From Acidobacteriota bacterium (GTDB lineage: Bacteria; Acidobacteriota; Vicinamibacteria; Vicinamibacterales; SCN-69-37), in the NCBI GenBank assembly GCA_031405995.1, contig JANOGJ010000260.1, positions 1 through 33,649 of the forward strand: a stretch of DNA of 33,649 bases, given 5' to 3'. The translations under genes were made by a program, and so were the position numbers. Positions within the stretch are counted from its first letter, which is position 1, and the number at the start of each line of letters is the position of its first letter. The notes below the pieces were generated by a model. The model made no database searches, was not told the DNA's origin, and was given only the letters and a program-made list of their open reading frames with translations. Of the stretch, positions 15,865 to 24,419 are shown piece by piece.

Positions 15865-16470
15865 CTACTTGACCCGCGACGTGAAGAAGTCGGAGTCGGG
15901 CTGGCCGTCGTTCGTGTTCTCGTTGTATGCGGCCGCCGCAGCGCGACCCACGAGTTGCTCCGCGATTTCGAGGCATTGCGTGATGACCGACTCGCCACGA
16001 TCGAGCGGGCGAGCGATCTCGGCGGCCAACTGCCACGAGAGCGCCCGCACGAATGGCGGCGGGTACAGCACGACATTCTTGGCGCGCATCGTGTAGATGA
16101 GCGTCGCCGGATTCAGGTCCATCAAGATCACGCGCTTCTGCCCGGTGCCGTCGTTTTCGATCTGGTACTTCGTCATCGCGTCGAACGATCGAACGCGGAG
16201 ATTGTCGGCCACAGCGCGAACGCGGATGCAGTCCGACGGGAGTAGGTACTGGTATCCCCACTCAGGCGGCGGGGTGCCCTCTTCAGCCAACAGTTGCCGC
16301 TTTCTGGCGAACGGCCAGTCGGCCATCGACAGGACGAGATCCCGCGTGTCGTCGTAATGGATGCGGCAGGCTTGCGCCTCTTCGGAGCCCTCGTCGAGCG
16401 ACTCGATGAACTTCAGGGAACGGATGTGCGAGAGCGCGAGGTTCGCAATTTGCACTTGGTCTGCGGCCAT
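15865..16470 (-). CDS. Tail tubular protein A / adaptor (gp11-like, 201 aa)
   Basis: ATG 16470 is preceded by GGGGG. N-terminus QIANLALSHIRS..I.SLDEGSEEAQACRIHYDDTRDLVLSMADWPFA is typical of gp11-type adaptors. Size matches T7 gp11 (196 aa). Confidence 0.8.
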   Translation of the reverse strand: MAADQVQIANLALSHIRSLKFIESLDEGSEEAQACRIHYDDTRDLVLSMADWPFARKRQLLAEEGTPPPEWGYQYLLPSDCIRVRAVADNLRVRSFDAMTKYQIENDGTGQKRVILMDLNPATLIYTMRAKNVVLYPPPFVRALSWQLAAEIARPLDRGESVITQCLEIAEQLVGRAAAAAYNENTNDGQPDSDFFTSRVK

Positions 16471-16518
16471 CGTGCCCCCAAAGATGGGCCGGGAGCCTGT
16501 GCCCCCGGCCCGGATGAA

Positions 16519-16749
16519 CTACTCGCTCAGTGGTGTCCAGACTTTCTTCGGTCTTCCAGGTCCACGCTTCACCGGCACCTCGCCGCGGAACTTCGCCTGG
16601 ATCTCTTCGTCGCGTTCCTGTTGCAGCGCCGCGATTTCGGAGATCGTGTCGGGCGACTCAGAGTCACCACGCGGGAAGTCGTACTCTTTGCCCGCTTCGA
16701 TCACCCGGCCGTCCGGCGTGTACGTCGTTACCGTTGCGATGTACCTCAT
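16519..16749 (-). CDS. 76-aa protein with a C-terminal AT-hook-like motif (KRGPGRPKK)
   Basis: An internal ATG at 16749 lies 2 nt after the TAG of the cement-protein gene. The longer listed ORF (to 17106) overlaps that gene out of frame. Sequence MRYIATVTTYTPDGRVIEAGKEY... looks protein-like. Confidence 0.55.
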   Translation of the reverse strand: MRYIATVTTYTPDGRVIEAGKEYDFPRGDSESPDTISEIAALQQERDEEIQAKFRGEVPVKRGPGRPKKVWTPLSE

Positions 16750-16751
16750 GG

Positions 16752-17234
16752 CTAGAACGTGAAGCCGGAAGCGTAGGCCGTGCCGCCGGTTCCCATCTGC
16801 GGGTTGAGGAGCAAGAACGCCGACAACTGTACGGCGGCCACGGTCGAGGCGATCGTGTACTGCACGCCGAGATACCGCTTGTAGGCGGCCACGTTGTCGG
16901 CGATCGGGACGGCCGCAAGGAACCCCTGAGACGACAGGGGAACGCGGATGATCTCCGATCCGGCCACGAGATTCGTGCTGACGATCGCCGGAGACGTGTA
17001 GTGCGTGACCGGGGTCGTCTGGAGTGCCACGTCGGCACCGGAGACGAGGCTGATCGTGACGGTCCCGGCGCCGGTTCCGGTCGTGTCCACCTGGACCACG
17101 AACCACACCGTATGGCCGGCCCCGAGATCCTTGAGCGCGTTGGTGCCGCCAAGGTCGATGACGTTGGTCGAGATCGCCGACGCCGTGAGTGCGGCGCGGG
17201 TGTCGTCGAATTCGAGAGACTTGTCGAGTACCAT
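16752..17234 (-). CDS. Head decoration / cement protein (Bbp16-like, 160 aa)
   Basis: ATG 17234 has a perfect AGGAGG RBS immediately after the capsid gene. The pattern TSAISTNVIDLG...VWFVVQVDT..TGAGTVTISLVSGAD is as recalled for BPP-1-type cement proteins. Confidence 0.62.
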   Translation of the reverse strand: MVLDKSLEFDDTRAALTASAISTNVIDLGGTNALKDLGAGHTVWFVVQVDTTGTGAGTVTISLVSGADVALQTTPVTHYTSPAIVSTNLVAGSEIIRVPLSSQGFLAAVPIADNVAAYKRYLGVQYTIASTVAAVQLSAFLLLNPQMGTGGTAYASGFTF

Positions 17235-17244
17235 CTGTCCTCCT

Positions 17245-18252
17245 TTACGAGACCGCGGTGACGGCGTTGCTGATCGTGTCGCTGATGTGGACCGGCACGC
17301 CCAGGAAGCTCGTGTCGATCTGCTTCAAGCCGGCTTCGATCCCCATGGCGTTCGAAGACTTGTTCATCCCCATCTTCCGCAGGTTCGCCCGGACTGTCCG
17401 GTTGCAGTAGAAAACGGGCTTGGACATGCCGAGTGACGGGATGCGCTCCAGTGCGTCCGACATGAGGTTGATGATGCAGGTCCCGGCCGTCAGGGCTTGG
17501 GTGCCGGTCTGCGCGGCGAGGGCCACGGTGTCGATGTTCGGGATGCGAACAGCGTACCGCCAATCCTTCACCATCAGGCCGGCATCCCATGCGTACCGAT
17601 CCGCGTAGGCGCGGTAGGGAGCCGGAGGCGTCTGCGCGTCGAAGGCGTCGATGAGATCGAGGTCCTCGTGGACGATCCCGGCCTTCGAGCCCTTCGGGAA
17701 GATCCCGGCGATGGTCTGGTCGCCCCAGCCGACGAGCCAGATTTCGGTCAGGTTGGTCGAGCCGCCAGCCGTCAGGACGTTCTGCGACGCCGCGCCCGAC
17801 AGCGACGGGTAACGGAGCCGCAGGCCCATGAACTGCTCCGGGTTGACGGTCGTGTCGCCGGCAAAGAGCGCCGTCAGGAACGTCTGGTTCATGCCTTCGA
17901 AACAGGGCATGGACTCGGACAGGCGGAATGCCGCCGTGTTTCCGTTCAGCGCGACGAGTTTCGCGTCCGGCTGCGAGCGCATTTCGAGCATCGCGGTCGC
18001 ATCCACGATCTGAGCGGTCGTCGACTTGGTAGGCTGGACGCCGCCGTACAGTTTGCGCCACGTCGCCGCCGGAAGGCCCGTGCGGATCGTGGTCTGGTTG
18101 CCCGTGGGGAGGTTGCCCTCGATCCACAGCATGTCATTCAAGGGCTCGTTGGTCTGGTTGAGAAGCTCCACGACTTGCGCCGTGTTGCCGTCCGGGTCCG
18201 TGCGCTTCGCCCAGTCAAGCAGGGTCAGCGCGGTTGCTCCGAGTGTTGCCAT
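17245..18252 (-). CDS. Major capsid protein (HK97 fold, N4 gp56/BPP-1/epsilon15 type, 335 aa)
   Basis: ATG 18252 has a GGGAGA RBS. It lies after the scaffold gene. N-terminus MATLGATALTLLDWAKRTDPDGN...NEPLNDMLWIEGNLPTG and size fit this capsid family by recollection. Confidence 0.88.
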   Translation of the reverse strand: MATLGATALTLLDWAKRTDPDGNTAQVVELLNQTNEPLNDMLWIEGNLPTGNQTTIRTGLPAATWRKLYGGVQPTKSTTAQIVDATAMLEMRSQPDAKLVALNGNTAAFRLSESMPCFEGMNQTFLTALFAGDTTVNPEQFMGLRLRYPSLSGAASQNVLTAGGSTNLTEIWLVGWGDQTIAGIFPKGSKAGIVHEDLDLIDAFDAQTPPAPYRAYADRYAWDAGLMVKDWRYAVRIPNIDTVALAAQTGTQALTAGTCIINLMSDALERIPSLGMSKPVFYCNRTVRANLRKMGMNKSSNAMGIEAGLKQIDTSFLGVPVHISDTISNAVTAVS

Positions 18253-18275
18253 TCAAGTTCTCCCGCGGCCTGCTA

Positions 18276-18911
18276 TCAGGCCACCTTGGGTGCGTTGGGT
18301 TTCTTGGCCTTGTCGTAAAACGACTGTGCGAATTCCGTAGACCCCGAGGCCCCTGTGCTTTGCGTTCCCGCAGACGAATCCTCTTTGATCGCGTGCCCGA
18401 CTTTGAGCGCGAATCGGGCAAACGCCAGGTAGGAGTCCGGCTGCTGTTTGTCGAGGAACGCTTTGAACTCAGTCCCCCCGAATGCTTCGACGGCGCGCTG
18501 CATGGTGGCGGCATTCGCCACGGCATCCTTGCCGCCTAAGACGGGGTCATTCGCGATCGCCAGTTGGATCTTCCCTGGGCGGGCTTTTTCGTCTTCCGCC
18601 ATCTGGGCTTCGTAGGCTGCGATCTCTCCCTTGACGAAGCCGGTCTGGAACGTGACGAGCGCCTGCGCTTGCTCTTGCGTCAGGTTGTTTGCTTTCGCCA
18701 GCTCCTTGAATCCTTCGACGGCCTTGGCGTTTAGCGTCACGCCGTCAGCCACGAAGTCGGTGTACGTTTCAGGCGCTCCCTGGGAGACCGCTACGGCTTT
18801 CGCCTGGTCTCCGGGAGTCACCGTTGGTACCGTGGGTGGAACGACCGTCGGCGTGGCCGCGACTACTGGCGGCGTGACGACGGGCGGGATTGCGACTGCG
18901 GCTTCACTCAT
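18276..18911 (-). CDS. Scaffolding protein (211 aa)
   Basis: Lies between the portal and capsid genes. Pro/Val/Thr-rich N-terminus followed by a helical, charged body. Confidence 0.65.
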   Translation of the reverse strand: MSEAAVAIPPVVTPPVVAATPTVVPPTVPTVTPGDQAKAVAVSQGAPETYTDFVADGVTLNAKAVEGFKELAKANNLTQEQAQALVTFQTGFVKGEIAAYEAQMAEDEKARPGKIQLAIANDPVLGGKDAVANAATMQRAVEAFGGTEFKAFLDKQQPDSYLAFARFALKVGHAIKEDSSAGTQSTGASGSTEFAQSFYDKAKKPNAPKVA

Positions 18912-19218
18912 CTTCGATCTCCTTGGGTGCGTTGGTCGGGTCGATGCGCTTGGCGATGATCTCTTTCTCTATGTCGTGCCAAACGCTCTCACCGCATTTC
19001 AGTGCCGCAGCGCGCAGACCCAGTGCCACGCTGCGCTTTCCCATGTCTGGGTTCGCCGCATACAGGCCGCACTCAAAGATCAGTTGCGCGACGAAGCGGA
19101 GGCCAGACGGACTCGTGAACACGTATTTCTTATCGAGATCCAACTGTTTCTTGCGCTCGGCTGCGGTGTCGCGCACGAACTTTCTGACGGTCTGGTTGGC
19201 GGCGTCGCCTTCGCTCAT
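18904..19218 (-). CDS. Hypothetical protein (104 aa)
   Basis: ATG overlaps the portal stop (ATGA), and its own stop overlaps the scaffold start. Composition is protein-like. Confidence 0.6.
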   Translation of the reverse strand: MSEGDAANQTVRKFVRDTAAERKKQLDLDKKYVFTSPSGLRFVAQLIFECGLYAANPDMGKRSVALGLRAAALKCGESVWHDIEKEIIAKRIDPTNAPKEIEDE

Positions 19219-20897
19219 CGCGCGCCTCCCGCGACCTGGCCGAGCCGCTCAAGAGGGTTCCCTGGGACCGGCTTCGTCTCCGCGCCGACCTGTAGGGCGA
19301 CGGCAGCGTCCTTCATCGGCTTCGCCATCGCAGCCATCTGCTCCATCTGAGCCTGGCGCTCGCGGTCCTGACGGATCGCAGCGATTGCGGCGGCGTCCCG
19401 TACAACCTTGGGAGGAGTCCCGACGCCCTTCGCGAATTCGGCAAGTGCGACGTCTTGGTCGTAGCCATCGAGGATCGACGCCGTGACCGGGGCCATCTGG
19501 AGCACGAACTCCGACGTGCGCTTGATCGAATCGACGGCGAGCAGCCGGAGCGCAGAAGACAGCGGCCCGATGAACTCGACCCCGAGATTGACCCCGGAGA
19601 GCTCCGGCGGAGGCGGCTCGATCTCACCGCGGCGCCACATGATCGCGAAGATGCGGTCGATCGCCGGCTTCAGTTTCTCCTGCTCCATGCGCTGAATCGT
19701 TGGGCCGACCTGCAAGAGGCGCTCTTCCTTCTTGGCCCGGATCTCCTCCGCTGTGACGCCGGAGCGGTCCTCATTTGCGATCATCAGGAACAGGTCGACG
19801 GCGAGTGCCTCGTTAATCATGTTCTCGATGTCGTGGAGTTCTTCGCGAGCCTCGACGAAGATGCGAGGATCGACGACGACGGCGGGTTCGATTTTGGCGT
19901 GCGGCCCCGAGGGATCGTAGTAGTTCGTGTCTCCCGGAAGAATCGTTGTCCCGCCGCCGTCGCGATGAGCAATGGGCGCGTTCATGGGCGGGCGCACCAG
20001 CATGTCCAATGCTTGCAGCCTGGCCTTTTCGAACTTCTGGAGCCCCATCGCGGCGCCCAAAGCGTCCGCAGCCGGTGGAATACCGTAGGAGTCCTCGCCG
20101 ACCTTGTCCCACCGCGAGCACATGACGGGGAACTCACGGAAGCCGGATTCGCGCAGGTACTTGTCTTCGTTCCCGGCCGTCTCGAACCAGCACGACGAGA
20201 ACGGCATGTTCTTTGTGTCCTGGTATCCGTAGGCTCTGCCGCTTCTGGGTTTGACACCGTGGACAATCTCGATCATCTTGTGCCGGCCCGAGGCGTTCTC
20301 GTTCAAGGCCCGCGTGGCTTGGCTCACATTCTCAATGCCGAACATAGCGATCAGGTTCTTCACGCTCATCGTGGTGCGGCGATACCAGGTGTCGACCACC
20401 CCACGCGCGTTGTTCGCGATCACGAACGATCCCACCGGAGCGACGTAGGCCCTGAACAGGTCCAGGTCGTCTTCCTCGATGTTCAAAGAGGACGTGCCGA
20501 ACGTGACGTCGTCGCCGTAGGTCTCGTGGCATCCGTCGTACAGATTCGTCTTTGCGATCTGTCGGAACATCCGAAGCTGCTGCCGGTAGAGCCAATCCCT
20601 GACCGGGGGGTGTTCGGCCAGATCCGGGTCTTCCGTCGTCAGCCCGAACCACGGCCGCGCCCGAGGAGTGAGGCCACCCATGAGTCCAGCGCGCGCCACG
20701 CGCACCGCCAAAATCGCACGGTTCCGCGCGTTCTTGCTGTTGCGCTTCGGCTTGTTGGCGTCGGACGACAGGAAGCGAGACCGGGACGGCTGGAAGTAGT
20801 CCGACAGGTCTCGATACCAGGCATCGAACCACGATCGGTCGCTTAACAGCGCCGCGTTCTCGCTCCTGGACTCTGAGACCGGGGACGGGTTCATCAC
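19215..20897 (-). CDS. Portal (head-tail connector) protein, 560 aa
   Basis: Size and position fit. N-terminal region ...RNRAILAVRVARAGLMGGLTPRARPWFGL is typical of podovirus connector proteins. GAAGGG lies upstream of the ATG. Confidence 0.88.
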   Translation of the reverse strand: MMNPSPVSESRSENAALLSDRSWFDAWYRDLSDYFQPSRSRFLSSDANKPKRNSKNARNRAILAVRVARAGLMGGLTPRARPWFGLTTEDPDLAEHPPVRDWLYRQQLRMFRQIAKTNLYDGCHETYGDDVTFGTSSLNIEEDDLDLFRAYVAPVGSFVIANNARGVVDTWYRRTTMSVKNLIAMFGIENVSQATRALNENASGRHKMIEIVHGVKPRSGRAYGYQDTKNMPFSSCWFETAGNEDKYLRESGFREFPVMCSRWDKVGEDSYGIPPAADALGAAMGLQKFEKARLQALDMLVRPPMNAPIAHRDGGGTTILPGDTNYYDPSGPHAKIEPAVVVDPRIFVEAREELHDIENMINEALAVDLFLMIANEDRSGVTAEEIRAKKEERLLQVGPTIQRMEQEKLKPAIDRIFAIMWRRGEIEPPPPELSGVNLGVEFIGPLSSALRLLAVDSIKRTSEFVLQMAPVTASILDGYDQDVALAEFAKGVGTPPKVVRDAAAIAAIRQDRERQAQMEQMAAMAKPMKDAAVALQVGAETKPVPGNPLERLGQVAGGAR

Positions 20898-21060
20898 GCA
20901 GCCCTTCGTGATAGGCTTTGAGCATGGCTGACGTAGACGCGGCTACGTTCGATCGCATGGTCGAGGCGCTTTACGCCATCAAGGTCCACGAGCGACAACT
21001 CTTGGCGGATGGGTACGGCATCTACCTGTGCCGCGGGCGCTGGATCTGGGCGAAACCTCA

Positions 21061-21255
21061 TCACGCCCCCAACAGCGTCGGGGCCGACAGCGACGATTCG
21101 CCGACGCCCGATCCGGTCAAGATGGTCGACCGGCGCCCATAGAGCGCCTTCTGCCGGCGGAGCTCGTTCTGGCGGGCCGCGAGCACGGCGTCATCCTGCT
21201 CGCGTGGGGCTGGGGCCGGCGGCGGAGGTGTCGGCGTTACCTTCGGCATGTGCAT
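21061..21255 (-). CDS. Small conserved phage protein (64 aa) with a Pro-rich N-terminus and a GRRSTILTG motif
   Basis: ATG overlaps the upstream stop (ATGA). The pattern (PPPP...RRQ..GR.STILTG..G) recurs in small ORFs next to podovirus portals, by recollection. Confidence 0.55.
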   Translation of the reverse strand: MHMPKVTPTPPPPAPAPREQDDAVLAARQNELRRQKALYGRRSTILTGSGVGESSLSAPTLLGA

Positions 21256-21545
21256 CAGTTCACCTGTACCCCTGGGGGCACGACGATGCGAGATTCCTGG
21301 TCGGACGGCTTCGGCTCGTGCCCGCGGGCTTCAACGCGCGCATTGAACCGGGCGGCCATCTCCGTATAGAACTTCTTGAACGCTTCCGGCCCGATCGCGT
21401 CGTACCCTGTCAGGACGGCCATCTTCTGTTCCGACGTCGCGTGATCGAGGATGTACTTCGTGAGGGTCTTCCCGGTCCACGACACACCGAGATCGATCGG
21501 CGGCACGATGACTGGGAGTATGACGGTCTTTCTACCGTTTTCCAT
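21255..21545 (-). CDS. Hypothetical protein (96 aa)
   Basis: ATG 21545 has GGAGG about 5 nt upstream. The listed start at 21557 is a non-ATG extension. Confidence 0.6.
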   Translation of the reverse strand: MENGRKTVILPVIVPPIDLGVSWTGKTLTKYILDHATSEQKMAVLTGYDAIGPEAFKKFYTEMAARFNARVEARGHEPKPSDQESRIVVPPGVQVN

Positions 21546-21590
21546 GACTACCTCCACTCCGGGGCTGGAGGTACCGAGCGGCGCCTCCGA

Positions 21591-21902
21591 TTAATCTTTG
21601 CGGTGGCGCAGACCGTGGCAGATGGCACAGAGCCAAATGACTTCAAGCGGTTTGCTGTAGTCCTCGTGGTGGCCGTGAGGTACACACTCGAAGCCGCATT
21701 GAGAGCATTCCTTTGGCTTGACCGTCTTGCCCTTGCGGACGGACTCCGTGAGAATCTTCCTCGCACGGCGCTTGTATGGATCGAACCGCTTCTGATAGGT
21801 GGGCGAGCTTCGGTAAGCCTTGTCGTAGGCTGCTCGTTGCTCCCGTCGCCGATACGACAGTTCGCGGTCAGCCGCACGCCGCTGTTCAGGAGTTCTAGCC
21901 AT
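21591..21902 (-). CDS. Small HNH-family endonuclease (103 aa) adjacent to the terminase
   Basis: ECSQCGFECVPHGHHEDYSKPLEVIWLCAICHGLRH is a CxxC...HH...CxxCH HNH/zinc-finger core. I chose ATG 21902; an alternative ATG at 21965 would overlap TerL by 35 nt. Confidence 0.8.
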   Translation of the reverse strand: MARTPEQRRAADRELSYRRREQRAAYDKAYRSSPTYQKRFDPYKRRARKILTESVRKGKTVKPKECSQCGFECVPHGHHEDYSKPLEVIWLCAICHGLRHRKD

Positions 21903-21930
21903 GTCGCTAGTGTAACAGGTGTATGCGGTG

Positions 21931-23259
21931 TCACAAATACTCCGGATCAAGTGGATTCCAGTCATTCAGCCGCTTATTGGGCGGAATGTAGAACGACGTC
22001 TGAGGCGCCGCGATGGGGAAGGCAAACGTGCAGGCCAAAGCGTCCGCGATGTCCGGCGACGCCATCCCACGGGCGCGCATGTCCTCTTTCGACTCCAACG
22101 AGAACTTCCCGCGGGTGTTGTGGTAGTCGTACTCGGTCGAGCACAGATCCGCCAAAAGCTCCTGGTTGTCCGGGATGATCCCCCCGTCCTTCAACCAGTC
22201 CCGCATGGCGACCCACATCTCCGCCCGCTTGTTCTGGAACCGCCGATCGACCGGAGACGACCCGAAGTCGACCGCATGGACAGGCCAGCGCATCTTCTTG
22301 ATCCCGTCGTACACCCCGGCATTCCCGCCGACGTCGACAAAGATCGCGTGCGGGTTGTACGTCTCGGCCGTCCGCACGATGCGGGAGATCACTTCCCCCG
22401 TGTCCAGCCCACGGTACGTGACCGGCTGCGACATGAAGATCCCCTGCCGCATCACAATCGCCGTCCGATCGTCCCCGTACCGCGCCGCGTCGACACCCAT
22501 AAGCCGAGGCGCGTGCTGGTACTGGTCGACACGGGCAAACCGCCGCGTCGCGTTCCGCGCAATGTCGAGCGCGATCAACGTCGAATCCGACCCGGCCGAG
22601 AAGTCGCACATCATCTCCGCCGCGAACTGCCGCGGCGTCATCGTCTTCCGAGCCAGGTCGATCTCATCCGGCGACAACACATTCGTCCGGTCCACGTCGT
22701 ACAGGCCGGCGAACCACAGCGGGTCGGCAACGGCGTGGTAATACATCTGCGACATCAGGTTGATCCCCTTGGCCGTCCCGATGAACCCGCACCACGCCTC
22801 GTGCGACGTCAGCATCGGCCGCACAATCTCGCCCCACACCTCGGGCTTCATGTCCTTGCACTCGTCCATCACAACGCCGTGAGGATGCATTCCTCTGAGG
22901 GCGTCAGGGTTGTCCGCACCGTACAAGCACACCCATGCACCGTTAGGCAGTCGCACCTGAAGCGCCGACTCCTGGTACTCGACCCCAGGAACGTTCCGCG
23001 TCGCCGACTTCAAGTAGGCCCACACCACATCCCGCGCCTGCTTCAAAAACGGCGAGATGAACAGGTAACGCCCGTTCGGACCCTGCACAGAATCGTCGTG
23101 CTCCATCGCCTCGATCGCCAGTTGATGCGCGGCGAGATACGACTTCCCACTCCCACGGTGCGCCACGATCACCCAGAACCGATGCGCGGCAATCCCGCGA
23201 TGGACGTCCAACGCCCACGGACGAGGGGTGTAGTCGATCGAGGCCAGGATCTCAGGCAA
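21931..23259 (-). CDS. terL: Terminase large subunit (442 aa)
   Basis: Walker A VIVAHRGSGKSY, Walker B HGVVMDE, nuclease-domain motif MGVDAARYGDDRTAIV. The first start after the in-frame TAA (23263-23265) is TTG 23259. The next Met lies beyond Walker A. Confidence 0.92.
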   Translation of the reverse strand: MPEILASIDYTPRPWALDVHRGIAAHRFWVIVAHRGSGKSYLAAHQLAIEAMEHDDSVQGPNGRYLFISPFLKQARDVVWAYLKSATRNVPGVEYQESALQVRLPNGAWVCLYGADNPDALRGMHPHGVVMDECKDMKPEVWGEIVRPMLTSHEAWCGFIGTAKGINLMSQMYYHAVADPLWFAGLYDVDRTNVLSPDEIDLARKTMTPRQFAAEMMCDFSAGSDSTLIALDIARNATRRFARVDQYQHAPRLMGVDAARYGDDRTAIVMRQGIFMSQPVTYRGLDTGEVISRIVRTAETYNPHAIFVDVGGNAGVYDGIKKMRWPVHAVDFGSSPVDRRFQNKRAEMWVAMRDWLKDGGIIPDNQELLADLCSTEYDYHNTRGKFSLESKEDMRARGMASPDIADALACTFAFPIAAPQTSFYIPPNKRLNDWNPLDPEYL

Positions 23260-23310
23260 TGGTTATGGTCCTATAAGAATTGAAGGCTGAGAAAAAGGCT
23301 TGGAAAGATG

Positions 23311-23338
23311 AAAAAACTGTACGTGGGGGTTCCCCGCG
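23311..23338 (-). terminator. Hairpin plus T-run between TerS and TerL (weak intrinsic-terminator or attenuator candidate)
   Basis: A 7-bp stem (23322-23328 pairs with 23332-23338, one G-U pair, 3-nt loop). On the minus strand it is followed by TACAG-TTTTTT. The T-run is 5 nt from the stem, so this is not canonical. Confidence 0.3.
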
Positions 23339-23411
23339 GGACCCGGCGCCATCGCGAATCTGCCCCCGGCCCTCCGGCCGCAAAGGGGACCCACCATGCG
23401 AGGTGCGCGCG

Positions 23412-24014
23412 TCACGCCCCCGACCCATCGTCCCCGTTCTCGCTACGCGCAACGGTATCGGGCTGGCCGTGGGCATCCGCCATCCATTCGGCACGGGCCG
23501 CGGCTCGTCGCTGCTCTGCGGTCATGGCCACGCTCGGATGGGCCTTTAGGCGCCCGACGCGGTGCAGCGTCCCGGCTTCCATAACATCAACTGCCATAAC
23601 GGCAGGCTCAGAAGCCGCGTCATCTCCATCCTTTTCAGTTGACGGAATATACGTTATCGGACCTTGTTGCAAACAAAGGACTTCCGGCTCGCTTGTCGCA
23701 ACTAGCGCGGCTTTCGCCTCTCGGAGCATCCCTGCGCGGGTGGGGATGGGGGACTGGACTACGATGGTCACGGAGCCGGTTAGCTCGTGTTCTTGTTTAG
23801 GCTTTGGGAGCGCGTACTCAAGTTTGGTACGTAGAGCTAAGAGCCTAACGCCAGCGTGCCGTCCAAGGCTCTCTCCGTCCACTAGGCGGTCCAGAACTGC
23901 GAAGTCGGACGGTCGCATAACTATTTTCGCGGTGTCCCCCGCTCCCCCGGATGGAGCGGGCGTCTCCGGCGTCTGAGTCGGATGTCCCACGAGCCCACTA
24001 CTACAACACTCCAT
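23412..24014 (-). CDS. Putative terminase small subunit (up to 200 aa; start uncertain, alternative ATG at 23918)
   Basis: Immediately upstream of TerL on the same strand. The segment LRTKLEYALPKPKQEHELTGSV resembles the ...GKPKQ..E.TG stretch of several TerS families. No strong RBS at either ATG. Confidence 0.5.
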   Translation of the reverse strand: MECCSSGLVGHPTQTPETPAPSGGAGDTAKIVMRPSDFAVLDRLVDGESLGRHAGVRLLALRTKLEYALPKPKQEHELTGSVTIVVQSPIPTRAGMLREAKAALVATSEPEVLCLQQGPITYIPSTEKDGDDAASEPAVMAVDVMEAGTLHRVGRLKAHPSVAMTAEQRRAAARAEWMADAHGQPDTVARSENGDDGSGA

Positions 24015-24019
24015 CACAC

Positions 24020-24037
24020 TGTGTCAACTTTGACACA
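24020..24037. promoter_or_regulatory. Perfect palindrome TGTGTCAA-CT-TTGACACA carrying TTGACA on both strands
   Basis: Read directly from the sequence. It sits at the 5' edge of the TerS ORF, at the start of the 408-nt divergent intergenic region. Confidence 0.3.
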
Positions 24038-24390
24038 CCTTGGGCAATTAGATTGGTGGGGATTGGAGGCGCGCGTAATGCCTTCCATCCGGCAGGTCCG
24101 GTGCCCGGTTCCGGGTCTGCGGTCATCCTTCAAGCGTGTCGCCGCGAGCGGCCCCGAAGGGGCGCAGAGCGAGTGGGCGTCACGCGCCTTGGCGCGATCT
24201 CCCATCAAATCAGAATGCGTAAGAGCGCGCGCTTTTCAAGCGCTCTTACATCATTAGGCGGTACGGCGATATCGGACGGTAGGCCGGTTTTGGGCTATAC
24301 CGCCCGTGTACTCTTCTTAGCGCCCTTGGCGGTATCGACTTTGTAAGAATTCTGCGGCCGGGGAAACGTACGGTATGAGGGCGTAAACAC

Positions 24391-24419
24391 TTGCACTCAG
24401 TTCTAGCAGTTGATAACAT
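24391..24419 (+). promoter_or_regulatory. Sigma70-like promoter candidate TTGCAC-N17-(TGa)TAACAT; the predicted TSS falls near the ATG of the HNH paralog (leaderless)
   Basis: -35 at 24391-24396, extended -10 TG at 24411-24412, -10 at 24414-24419. ATG 24426 is 7 nt downstream and has no SD. Confidence 0.25.

Noticed and set aside
16664-18127. 487-aa minus ORF, and similar long alternative-frame or antisense ORFs (5616-6644 +, 8350-9156 -, 10103-11026 +, 19455-20846 +, 21009-22178 +, 21919-23283 +, 23308-23976 +)
   Set aside because: They are Arg/Pro/Gly-rich and low in complexity. Each lies fully inside a confidently assigned gene (capsid, ejection proteins, portal, TerL, TerS). This is the typical high-GC open-frame artefact.
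24257-24304. GGCGGTA...TACCGCC stem with 34 nt between the arms as a tRNA or small RNA gene
   Set aside because: It is too short for a tRNA, it has no T-loop (GTTCRANYC) or anticodon-arm geometry, and a third direct copy of the motif follows. It is better explained as protein-binding sites.
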